64,000 bases of DNA from an uncultured Gammaproteobacteria bacterium (GTDB lineage: Bacteria; Patescibacteriota; Microgenomatia; UBA1406; GWC2-37-13). The stretch is taken from the NCBI GenBank assembly GCA_964561915.1, contig CAZLQR010000005.1, positions 49,263 through 113,262 on the forward strand. The letters are read 5' to 3'. Both the position numbers and the translations under genes were made by a program. Below, one piece after another: positions 48,394 through 57,165 of the stretch. Position 1 is the first letter of the stretch. Each line of letters begins with the position of its first letter. The notes below the pieces were generated by a model. That model did no database searches and was not told the origin of the DNA. It was given only the letters and a program-made list of their open reading frames with translations.

Positions 48394-49254
48394 TTATGAG
48401 TTTTTTAAACTTGCAAGCGCATTTCCCAAATGTATTAAGCCTATGGCCATTGTAGTATAAGCTATAAAGTAAAGTAGATCGCCGTAGCCTCCGTTATACC
48501 AGGTACCCCTACTATTTTGAAATAGAAAATTATAATCTGCAATGTATTGACATATAAAAGCAAATATTATTAGCATAATTCTTTTCTTCATTATTCCGCC
48601 AAGTAAATTTTTGGATAGGCTGTATACTAGTAGGCCCACTGATAGATAGACAGCTTGACCTAAAGGATATCCAAAATCCAGAAAAGTTTTTAACGGTTGG
48701 GATGAGTCTAAGTCATATCCATTAAGAAATACAAAATATGAGAACAATAATAGTATGAGAGGGAGAATGATAATTTGCAGCTTGTGAGTTAATTTTTTTA
48801 TCGTAAATTGAACACCAGAGACCTTTCCCAAATAAAACATACCTAACGAATACAAAGGTATATTGCCAAAAAAACCCAAATCTGCTACAGAGGGATAAGG
48901 AATCTCTACATGCAAAATTACATTGTAAAAACTGAATGCTAATTGACCAAATTCTGCAGCAAGAAGTCCAAGCGATAAGTACATAATCGCTTTACCCATG
49001 ACACTTCTGAATCCACCCCATTTAAATGAGGTTTGTACCCCCCATAATCCTCCTAACAAAGCTACAGTCCCATACGTTGCTGCAAAAAAGTAGTTTTGAA
49101 AGTTGCCCTTAATCCCAAAGGAAAAAAGAATCAGCCACCACGTGGTAAATACTAGAAATATATAGACCACTAATTGAATTTTATTTACATGAAAAAGTCC
49201 GAATCTCATACTTGCTAATGTAAACAAAATATAAGATAAACTCACGTACGTCAA
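48394..49254 (-). CDS. Polytopic membrane protein, sensor-like module (paralog of the C-terminal part of 52349..53686)
   Basis: About 8 TM helices. Shares YLSLGLL..F..YN......PYPSVADLG(F/Y)F, FAF.C....DY.F and NGGY.D.LY......M.I. blocks with the other copy. Confidence 0.6.
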   Translation of the reverse strand: MTYVSLSYILFTLASMRFGLFHVNKIQLVVYIFLVFTTWWLILFSFGIKGNFQNYFFAATYGTVALLGGLWGVQTSFKWGGFRSVMGKAIMYLSLGLLAAEFGQLAFSFYNVILHVEIPYPSVADLGFFGNIPLYSLGMFYLGKVSGVQFTIKKLTHKLQIIILPLILLLFSYFVFLNGYDLDSSQPLKTFLDFGYPLGQAVYLSVGLLVYSLSKNLLGGIMKKRIMLIIFAFICQYIADYNFLFQNSRGTWYNGGYGDLLYFIAYTTMAIGLIHLGNALASLKNS

Positions 49255-49340
49255 GTTGAAATACTATATACATGTTATAATCAAAATCTGTTTACGTAAT
49301 TTATATCATGTTAATTTATATACTATCATCTGCATAAACG

Positions 49341-50243
49341 ATGGCTATTCCCAATTATCCACAATTTAAAAAGCTCGATATTGGCGACAAAATATATATT
49401 GAAAGGTATACATCTAATTATGACCCATATTCCGATTTTAATTTTACTAGTCTATGGAGCTATGATACTCTTTCTGGAATTGAGATATCTTACCTCTATG
49501 ATAATCTCGTTGTTAAGTTTACAGATTATTTAACCAGTCAGCATTTTTATTCATTTATTGGAACAAATAGGGTTGAAAACACTATTATTGATCTACTCTC
49601 CCGACAACCCCAGGTATTAAAGCTCGTTCCTCAAATTGTAATTGACAGCGCCAACACTGATTTACACACAAATCTTTTAATTAAAGAAGATGATGATAAT
49701 CACGACTATATTCTCTCTACAAAAGATCTTTCTTTACTTAGTGGAAATAAACTCAGAGGCAAGAGGAACTTTTTAAAACGATTTAAAAACTTGTATCCCA
49801 ATCATTATTGGAAATTGATAAATATTTCAGATTTAAAAGTGCAAGATAGGATCTTAAAATTATTCTATATTTGGGAAGTAAAACAAAATCGAACCAGAGA
49901 GGAAACTCAGATTGAGTTGACTGCGTTAACAAGATTGTTAAAAATCGCAAGTGTGTCTGAATTGGTACCAATTGGCATATATGTCGACGATGAACTTATA
50001 GCCTTCTCAATAAATGAAGTAATTGGTAATTATGCAATAATCCATTTCGAAAAAGCAAATATTGACTTTATTGGATCATTTCAATATCTTAAACATAGAA
50101 CAGGCCATCATTTTTATAACTTGAAAATACCCTACATTAACTATGAACAAGATCTTGGCATTGATGGTCTTCGGAAAGCTAAGAAATCCTGGAAACCAAT
50201 AAAATATCTGAAAAAATATATAATATCTCATAAACAAAAATGA
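49341..50243 (+). CDS. DUF2156 (MprF C-terminal / aminoacyl-tRNA-dependent transferase-like, GNAT fold) protein
   Basis: The N-terminus FKKLDIGDKIYIERYTSNYDPYSDFNFTSLWSYD matches the standalone ~300-aa DUF2156 pattern as I recall it. Confidence 0.5.
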   Translation: MAIPNYPQFKKLDIGDKIYIERYTSNYDPYSDFNFTSLWSYDTLSGIEISYLYDNLVVKFTDYLTSQHFYSFIGTNRVENTIIDLLSRQPQVLKLVPQIVIDSANTDLHTNLLIKEDDDNHDYILSTKDLSLLSGNKLRGKRNFLKRFKNLYPNHYWKLINISDLKVQDRILKLFYIWEVKQNRTREETQIELTALTRLLKIASVSELVPIGIYVDDELIAFSINEVIGNYAIIHFEKANIDFIGSFQYLKHRTGHHFYNLKIPYINYEQDLGIDGLRKAKKSWKPIKYLKKYIISHKQK

Positions 50244-51139
50244 ACTGGGTAGTTGTTGCACTCTTAGCACCTTTGACATATTCCGCAGTCACATTCGTTG
50301 ATAAATATTTGTTGTCAGAGCGAATCAAAGACTACAATGCGATGCCTATCTACACATCGATTACGGCGTTTATCGCGGGTACGATATTTTGGATTTTTAA
50401 CGGGTTTCCACTATTACCACTCCGAGATGCGATAATTGTCACTATCACCGGATTATTGACCGGCTTCTCTCTCATAGTATATTTCAAAGCCCTATCAAAA
50501 GAAGATACCAGCAATATCACTATCTTATTCCAAATGTTCCCAATAATGACGCTTTTGCTTTCATATATTTTTTTAAGCGAAAGAATAAGCGTAATACAAA
50601 TGATAGGATTTCTCCTCATCCTAATCTCTGGGGTAATCATATCGATGCATAAAACGAGACAAAAAAGCAGATTGAATGAGGTTTTTTGGTTGATACTCAC
50701 GTATGACCTGTTATGGGCTTCAGCAGGTATCCTCATGAAATTTGCAATTAATGCAAATTCTTTTGCAAAAGTGATTAACTATGAGAGCTGGGGCATTGGT
50801 CTGGGGGGAATATTTATTTATTATCTCTTTCCGGAAATTAGGAAGGCATTTCATAAATCTATTAAAAAAGTAAAGATTGACACTTTGAGTGTGATTGGAT
50901 TGAATGAAGGTGTATTCGTCTTGGCGAAGACTCTTACATTTTACGCTTTCTCTCTTGGACCCGCAGCGTTGGTTTCGGTTCTTGAGACTACCCAAGTATT
51001 CTTCGCCATGATAATCGGATTTATTCTCACATACTTCTTCCCTCAGTATATCAAAGAAGATATATCCTCGAAGCAGATTAAGAAAAAATTATTTTGCGGC
51101 GTTCTTGTAATTGCCGGAATAATTCTTATAACAATGTGA
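50240..51139 (+). CDS. EamA/DMT-family transporter
   Basis: Ten hydrophobic helices in two similar halves. 4-nt overlap with the DUF2156 gene. Confidence 0.7.
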   Translation: MNWVVVALLAPLTYSAVTFVDKYLLSERIKDYNAMPIYTSITAFIAGTIFWIFNGFPLLPLRDAIIVTITGLLTGFSLIVYFKALSKEDTSNITILFQMFPIMTLLLSYIFLSERISVIQMIGFLLILISGVIISMHKTRQKSRLNEVFWLILTYDLLWASAGILMKFAINANSFAKVINYESWGIGLGGIFIYYLFPEIRKAFHKSIKKVKIDTLSVIGLNEGVFVLAKTLTFYAFSLGPAALVSVLETTQVFFAMIIGFILTYFFPQYIKEDISSKQIKKKLFCGVLVIAGIILITM

Positions 51140-51147
51140 GAACAATT

Positions 51148-51768
51148 TCATAATTGCATTATGAATCGGACTTCGTTTCCATAACCATCAAACCCCTTAT
51201 GAGTAAATCGTTGAATAATTTGTGTACCGGATCCAATGTTGTTTGTATTCACTCTTCCAGCATAAGATTTGGGATCATCAAGTGATCCTCTGCAATCTCT
51301 AATAACAAATTGGTATTCCTGCTTTCTTAATTCGTTAAGTAGACTTTCTGTAAGATTACCTACCAGATGCTTTTCTCGCTCTTTCTCATCGATAGCCGTC
51401 CAATAAAGATATGCGGTTTTCTCTAAGGGCAAATTGTTTGGAATTTTTCGTAAATCTTCTTCCCCATTATCTGCAATTTCAAAATCCATCAGTGAAGCTG
51501 GTAATGCTATTGAAAGTCCAACCAAATTGGCAACTTAGTCTTCACCTTTAAAAAGTCCCATCACAACCACATCTTCTCAGCCTACAAAATCATCTATAGA
51601 CGCGGCAATTTTCAAATCGTCAGGCGCTCCAAGTACCGGATCACCCCGTTTTAATTATGGAAAACTTGAAGTGATGATCCGAGCAATGACGTCAATATCG
51701 CTAGTTTCTAGATTTATAATTCGACAAGTCGGATAATCCGGTATATCCCCTTCTTTGAGTTCTACCAT
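51148..51768 (-). pseudogene. GNAT-like acetyltransferase reading frame with three in-frame stop codons
   Basis: A single minus-strand frame from ATG 51768 reads MVELKEGDIPDY..IINLETSDIDVIARIITSSFP*LKRGDPVLGAPDDLKIAASIDDFVG*EDVVVMGLFKGED*VANLVGLSIAL.. and joins tracked ORF 51148..51525 (TTG start). Stops: TAA 51655-57, TGA 51577-79, TAA 51535-37. No frameshift. Confidence 0.6.
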
Positions 51769-52253
51769 TCCTGGGCTTTATATATTGCAATCGAAAGAGC
51801 ACATGCAGGATGGCGCAATATGGAGGTGGTTGATATGGCGCTATTTAGCTTCTTTTCATCAAATGTAACTTTTCTAAATTTGCACATATCGCGTAATGTA
51901 TTGTCGATTCGCTGTTTGAGCACATAACGCACTTCTTCTTCGCTATCGCTTTCCGTTTCATGCTCGACGAAGAATCCTCTTCCGTCGTCCAGTTGATACC
52001 ATCCGATACCCGCTCCAATCGTCCGGCCTATCTTATCGCTTCTTTGTTCTGCTTTCACCACATAGAGTCTGTGCCCAAAATCCTCAGAAGGAGTTTTGTA
52101 TTTATCAATTCGGGAAAGCTGAGACCCGGGCGGGATAATTGATGAGAGGGTAATTATGTTGTAGTTGGAGACACCGGCGTTTTGCAATGCGTGATCAAAT
52201 GCTGAGAGTAAGGTGCTCCCCTCACCCTTTGAGGTAATGATTTGTATTTGCAT
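51762..52253 (-). CDS. pdaD: Pyruvoyl-dependent arginine decarboxylase
   Basis: TSKGEGSTLLSAFDHALQNAGVSNYNIITLSSIIPP, including the self-cleavage Ser-Ser site. About 160 aa, as expected. Confidence 0.85.
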   Translation of the reverse strand: MQIQIITSKGEGSTLLSAFDHALQNAGVSNYNIITLSSIIPPGSQLSRIDKYKTPSEDFGHRLYVVKAEQRSDKIGRTIGAGIGWYQLDDGRGFFVEHETESDSEEEVRYVLKQRIDNTLRDMCKFRKVTFDEKKLNSAISTTSILRHPACALSIAIYKAQEW

Positions 52254-52348
52254 CGTTTTCTGATTAGAAAATCTGTTTTCATTATATCACAACAAATTTC
52301 AATCTTCATTTGTGCAGAGGGGTTTAATGTAAAAATTGATAAATGGAA

Positions 52349-53686
52349 TTAATAAAGTCTTAATAAAAGAAAAAATTTATATACTAAATATTTTAGCAGT
52401 GGGGCTAACGTATTAAACAAATTAGTGTGTTTTCTATTCATATAAATTGAAGAATTAACGACAGATAATTTGGACGTTATCAAGGGCCTGATTGATATTA
52501 CAGCAATGGTCATTACGACATGTGAAATTAAATATAGAAAATCATTATATCCCCCATTTGAATACGTGCTATTTCTCACAGAAATTACAAATATATAGTC
52601 AGTAAAAAAATGACATGCAAATGCAAACAAAAATAATACGTTACGTCGCTTTATGTTATTAGAAAGAAATTGTGAAAATACAAGAGTGCTAATTGAAATA
52701 AATAAAGTAGTAATCTCAATAAAAGGATATAAAAAATCAAAAATTAATTTTATTTGTTGATCAAATGTATATTTAGATAAATGAATATAATTAACCGAAA
52801 TTATAAATAAGAGAACTAGTGGGGATAAAAGTAATAAGTTCTTTTTCCTAGTAAATATATTACCGAGAAATGGAATATTCGCGATCAACAAATACCATGA
52901 TGCGATGAAATAGCATATTGTAGTCGAAAAATATCCCAAATCTGCAACAGATGGATAAGGTACTTGAATTCCTATTAAATTATAAAAAGTCCATATTTGT
53001 ATTCCAAACCATTGAAATAATAAACCTAAGGATAGATACTTCATTATCTTCAGCCATACTATACTCCGCGGATATCTATTTTTTGACGTATTGAATTTAC
53101 AATATAAATAATATAAAAAGCTTGAGAAAGAGATTACGCTGAACGAAACCCCCCAAATATATGCCTCAACGGAATTATAGAGGTTCAAGGATTGAATTCT
53201 AAAATTCCAAATTACATGAAAAATAAATATCAAAATTATCGATATTAAATATCTTGATTGAAATATTTTGATTGGTGCTAGCTCCGATTCGGTATAAGAT
53301 TTATTAAAATTGATTAGATTAACAGAATTTACGCTCCTTCTTTTCGCATAAATATTTTTTTTGTTCAAATCTAAGAGAGTAGTACCCAAGTTATTAATTT
53401 CCTGCGCGTTCAGATCGCACAAACCCACTGACTCGAGAAGACCGTTTGCTTCTTCGAGACTGACAATACCTTTGCGTTTCACGAAGAGTCTGATCAATGC
53501 GAGCAATGTGCGGCGGTCACGGGGGATGCGCTGGCCGTTTTGCCAGCGCGTAAACAGACTATTCTCATAGATCATACCCTCCTCCGCAAAGAGGTCTCCA
53601 AACCGAGATAAGGTATCGATCTGTGATCTCAATCGATACCTTTTGAAAAGTCCGGCAAAGTTCAGAGTGTCCTGATGCTCTGTCAT
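52349..53686 (-). CDS. Membrane-bound regulator: N-terminal HTH-like cytoplasmic domain fused to the same polytopic module as 48394..49254
   Basis: aa 1-110 are soluble and helix-rich (LFKRYRLRSQIDTLSRFGDLFAEEG..). aa 140-445 are paralogous to the 286-aa membrane protein (PYPSVADLGYF, NGGYNDFLY). Confidence 0.55.
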   Translation of the reverse strand: MTEHQDTLNFAGLFKRYRLRSQIDTLSRFGDLFAEEGMIYENSLFTRWQNGQRIPRDRRTLLALIRLFVKRKGIVSLEEANGLLESVGLCDLNAQEINNLGTTLLDLNKKNIYAKRRSVNSVNLINFNKSYTESELAPIKIFQSRYLISIILIFIFHVIWNFRIQSLNLYNSVEAYIWGVSFSVISFSSFLYYLYCKFNTSKNRYPRSIVWLKIMKYLSLGLLFQWFGIQIWTFYNLIGIQVPYPSVADLGYFSTTICYFIASWYLLIANIPFLGNIFTRKKNLLLLSPLVLLFIISVNYIHLSKYTFDQQIKLIFDFLYPFIEITTLFISISTLVFSQFLSNNIKRRNVLFLFAFACHFFTDYIFVISVRNSTYSNGGYNDFLYLISHVVMTIAVISIRPLITSKLSVVNSSIYMNRKHTNLFNTLAPLLKYLVYKFFLLLRLY

Positions 53687-53712
53687 ACTTCAGGGCCATT
53701 ATACTACCTAAC

Positions 53713-53731
53713 CTGTCAATTTTCTTGACAG
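53713..53731. promoter_or_regulatory. Palindromic operator candidate CTGTCAA-N5-TTGACAG
   Basis: Perfect 7-bp inverted repeat, 10 nt upstream of a perfect minus-strand TATAAT (53703-53698) that precedes the HTH-membrane gene. Confidence 0.45.
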
Positions 53732-53959
53732 AATATATTGAACCATCAAATCCTATACCGACTGTTCCTGCCCCTTCGTTTCCTGCCAATGTGGAATACA
53801 CTCCTCCCCGACAACAGGAGCCGGTATGAGAGCCTGTCTGTTTTCCGATCGTATCGGACGGTAATTTTCATAATCAGGGCCATACTATAATCCGCAATAT
53901 GAAAATTTGACATGACACCGCTGTCAACTTTCCTGCCTTTTTTGTCAACTCTAGCCATG

Positions 53960-53988
53960 TTGACTTTTCAGCTTCCTTTGATTAGAGT
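53960..53988 (+). promoter_or_regulatory. Candidate promoter of the receiver gene
   Basis: TTGACT (53960-65), 17 nt, TAGAGT (53983-88). ATG is 6 nt downstream. Its -35 sits inside the GTCAAC-N9-GTTGAC repeat. Confidence 0.35.
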
Positions 53989-53994
53989 ATTTGC

Positions 53995-54366
53995 ATGCAA
54001 AAAAAGATCCTCATTGTCGACGATGAGCTGTATCTGCGGGAGCTCTACCAGGAGATACTCGCGGGAGCGGGGTACAGCGTCGATGTTGCCGTGGACGGCG
54101 AGGACGGGCTGAAAAAAATCGTGGACACTCAATATGATCTCGTCCTACTTGATGTGATGATGCCCAAACTGGACGGCATAGGCGTCCTCACGAAACTTGC
54201 AGAGCAACAGCTTGCTCATCCCAAACCCATCATCATACTCTGGACGAATCTCTCACACGATCCCGTCATCAAGGATGCGCTGGCAAAAGGGGCCAAGACA
54301 TTCCTCGTGAAGGCTGATCTCACTCCAGACCAGATCGTTGCGGAAGTCAAGAAATATCTTCCGTAA
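53995..54366 (+). CDS. Stand-alone CheY-like response-regulator receiver
   Basis: KILIVDDE..., YDLVLLDVMMPKLDG (phospho-acceptor Asp), conserved T and K positions. No output domain. Confidence 0.88.
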   Translation: MQKKILIVDDELYLRELYQEILAGAGYSVDVAVDGEDGLKKIVDTQYDLVLLDVMMPKLDGIGVLTKLAEQQLAHPKPIIILWTNLSHDPVIKDALAKGAKTFLVKADLTPDQIVAEVKKYLP

Positions 54367-54372
54367 TCCCGC

Positions 54373-55425
54373 TCAGCGTACGCCTACCGATCCGATCATC
54401 CCGTAAATGGGAGCGATAATTGCGAGCATCATGCCCCCGACCAGCACTCCGACGACGACGAGCATGAGAGGCTCAAGGAGGGTGGTCGTCGTCGTCAGTG
54501 TTTTTGATACCTCATAATCCAGATATTCGGATACGTCAAGGAGCGCTTTGTCCAGCGATCCGCTTTTCTCACCTGCTTCGGTGATCTTGATCATCATGCG
54601 GGGGATTGTCTTCTTCCCTTGTTTGAGGCCTTCAGAGAGGGGGCGGCCGGCGAGTACCATCTCGGCGGACGCCTCAATCACTTTGCGCACTTCGCGCTTT
54701 TTCACGATATCTTTCGCCAACTCCAGTGCGCTCACGATCGGAATACCGGAGGAGAGAAGCAAATACAGACTGCGCGAAAATCTCGTGATGTCGATTTCCC
54801 TCCGCAGCTTGGATATGAGCGGGAGGGAAAACAGGATGTCAAGCAACAGCTGCCGTTTGATTTTATAGAAAAAATAGAGGCCGGCGATCGCGCCGCCGAC
54901 AATGCTGAGGAGGAGGACCGGCTGATTGATGAGGAGGTCCGAAAGACTGATCAGGACCTTCGTCGGGAGCGGTAACTGGGTGTTGAGTCGTGAGAATACC
55001 TGTGAGATTTTCGGCACCACCACAATGAGAATCACGAGAAGCACACCGATAAAAACACCCATGATCACAAGCGGATAAATCATGGCGCCGCGCACTTTGT
55101 CGGTGAATTCCTGCTCTTTCTTGATATTCCTCCTCAAGTCCTGAAGTGTCTGATCGAGCGTGCCCGCCTCCTCCGCCGCTTTGACGATATTCACCGTCAC
55201 TTTGTCGAATATCTTGGGGAATTTCTCGAATGACTGCGCCATCCGCTTCCCCTGATTAATGTCTTCTTTGAGCGTGAGCAATACCAGTTTTTGCGTCCCT
55301 TTGGAATCTTCCAGGAGCGAATCCACCACTTCAAGGAGCGAAATACCCGCACCAAGCATCGTCGCCATGTTGCTGATAAGGCTTACTTTATCGTTTGTCG
55401 AGAGCGATGCATGTGCAAGTTTCAT
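54373..55425 (-). CDS. pilC: Type IV pilus platform protein PilC (GspF family)
   Basis: Two T2SSF repeats and three TM helices. Located directly downstream of pilB. Confidence 0.88.
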   Translation of the reverse strand: MKLAHASLSTNDKVSLISNMATMLGAGISLLEVVDSLLEDSKGTQKLVLLTLKEDINQGKRMAQSFEKFPKIFDKVTVNIVKAAEEAGTLDQTLQDLRRNIKKEQEFTDKVRGAMIYPLVIMGVFIGVLLVILIVVVPKISQVFSRLNTQLPLPTKVLISLSDLLINQPVLLLSIVGGAIAGLYFFYKIKRQLLLDILFSLPLISKLRREIDITRFSRSLYLLLSSGIPIVSALELAKDIVKKREVRKVIEASAEMVLAGRPLSEGLKQGKKTIPRMMIKITEAGEKSGSLDKALLDVSEYLDYEVSKTLTTTTTLLEPLMLVVVGVLVGGMMLAIIAPIYGMIGSVGVR

Positions 55426-55430
55426 ACGTA

Positions 55431-57131
55431 TTAGAGCGCTTCCACTTTGGTGACGCGCATGACCTCTTCAAGGGTCGTGATGCCTTTGGCGACTTTTTGG
55501 AGTCCGTCATCGAGCATGGTCGTCATGCCGTTCTCGATCGCTTTCTTGCGGATGACGTCGGAATCGTTTTTCTCACCGATCAATTTGCGGACTTCATTGT
55601 CCACCTGCAGTACTTCGTAAATACCGATGCGGCCCGAGTACCCCGTACTATGACAGACCTTACAGCCCTTGCCTTTGTAAATGCGGACTTCGTGTTTCTC
55701 TCCGGTGAAAACGTAATGTTTGGCGATAATGTCTGCGGGGATATTGCTGTCTATCAATTCTTGTTCCGTTATCGTGTACGATACGCGGCAGTTTTCGCAG
55801 ATCTTGCGGACGAGACGCTGTGCGATGATGACGTTGACGGTGGACGCCACGAGGAACGGCTCGATTTTCATGTCGATGAGGCGCGGCAACGCAGTTGCCG
55901 CGTCATTGGTATGAAGCGTGGACACCACAAGATGGCCGGTAAGAGCAGCATTCACCGCGATCGCCGCCGTCTCTCCGTCGCGGATCTCTCCCACGAATAC
56001 GATATTGGGGTCCTGCCGGAGGATCGAGCGCAGTCCGTTTGCGAACGTGAGGTTCGTTTTCGGATTCACCTGGATCTGGTTGACCCCTTTGATGCGGTAC
56101 TCGACCGGATCTTCGATGGTGGTGATGTTTTTTTCCCGGACATTCAACACTCTCAGGATGGAATAAATCGTGCTCGTCTTACCCGATCCCGTCGGACCGG
56201 TTGAGAGTATCATGCCAAACGATCGGGAATATGCCGCGCTGACTTTCTTAAGATCTGTCTCACTCATGCCGAGATCGGCAAGCGTGATTTTCCCCAGATG
56301 TGAGGAAAGAAGTCTCATAACGACTTTCTCACCACCCGATATCGGCAGTACCGAAACACGGATGTCCAGATCGTCATCGCCGACTTTCGTCCGTATCTTA
56401 CCGTCCTGAGGAGCGAGGTGTTCGTCGGTGCGCATCTTGGAGAGCACTTTGATGCGCGCGACGATGCGTTCATGGAGCGCGCTCGGGATGACGAGCACAT
56501 CATGGAGGATTCCGTCGATACGGAACCGGACTAACGCCGTCTTCTCCGCCGGTTCGATATGGACATCTGACGCTTTGTCCTGATACGCATAGTCAAAAAG
56601 AAGATCGACGATCTTGCTGATGGGCGCCTCGCTCTGTGCCTCGGCGCCCTCCGACGCTTCCATCTCGTCTTTCAGGAGTTTCTCAAACGATTTCTGGAGA
56701 TCTTTGCGGTATATGTGGAGCGTGTCAAAAATTTCCTTGTCCGTAGCAAGATACGGAACCACTTTTTGACCGGTTTTCTGCGTAAGGAGCTTGAGGATCT
56801 CAGCGTTGTACGGATTGGATGTTGCGACTTTGATCTCGCTGACGGTCTTCTCAAACGGGATGATCCTGAGGCGTTTGGCCACCTTCTCGGGAACAATAGC
56901 GACGACATCGTCGGGAATGGAGAGTTTGGAGAGTCTCACGTACGGCATGTGGAGATAATTGGCGATCATCATACCGAGCGTCTCGTCGGTCACTACGTTT
57001 TTCTCGACAAGGACACTGTCGAGCGGCGATCCGGAGCTTTTAGCATACGCCAAAAGCTCCGCCAACTGGACATCCTTCACCAGACCGCTCTGCACAACGA
57101 GAGCCTGTAGCTGATCTTGCGGAATAATCAT
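55431..57131 (-). CDS. pilB: Type IV pilus assembly ATPase PilB (GspE family)
   Basis: N-terminal T2SSE_N domain, Walker A GPTGSGKTST, Asp and His boxes, tetracysteine CENC...CKVC. Confidence 0.92.
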   Translation of the reverse strand: MIIPQDQLQALVVQSGLVKDVQLAELLAYAKSSGSPLDSVLVEKNVVTDETLGMMIANYLHMPYVRLSKLSIPDDVVAIVPEKVAKRLRIIPFEKTVSEIKVATSNPYNAEILKLLTQKTGQKVVPYLATDKEIFDTLHIYRKDLQKSFEKLLKDEMEASEGAEAQSEAPISKIVDLLFDYAYQDKASDVHIEPAEKTALVRFRIDGILHDVLVIPSALHERIVARIKVLSKMRTDEHLAPQDGKIRTKVGDDDLDIRVSVLPISGGEKVVMRLLSSHLGKITLADLGMSETDLKKVSAAYSRSFGMILSTGPTGSGKTSTIYSILRVLNVREKNITTIEDPVEYRIKGVNQIQVNPKTNLTFANGLRSILRQDPNIVFVGEIRDGETAAIAVNAALTGHLVVSTLHTNDAATALPRLIDMKIEPFLVASTVNVIIAQRLVRKICENCRVSYTITEQELIDSNIPADIIAKHYVFTGEKHEVRIYKGKGCKVCHSTGYSGRIGIYEVLQVDNEVRKLIGEKNDSDVIRKKAIENGMTTMLDDGLQKVAKGITTLEEVMRVTKVEAL

Positions 57132-57165
57132 CCTAAATTCATATTAAAGAAAACGGAGATGTTTA

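Noticed and set aside
51535-51657. Stop-codon reassignment (e.g. code 25 UGA=Gly) as the explanation for the in-frame stops in the GNAT frame
   Set aside because: Two of the three stops are TAA. In addition, TGA, TAA and TAG all terminate well-supported genes throughout the window (e.g. comEC channel TGA, rho TAA, pdaD TAG).
55395-56204. 269-aa plus-strand ORF antisense to pilB
   Set aside because: pilB on the other strand has Walker A, Asp/His boxes and a tetracysteine site. The antisense product has no recognisable features.
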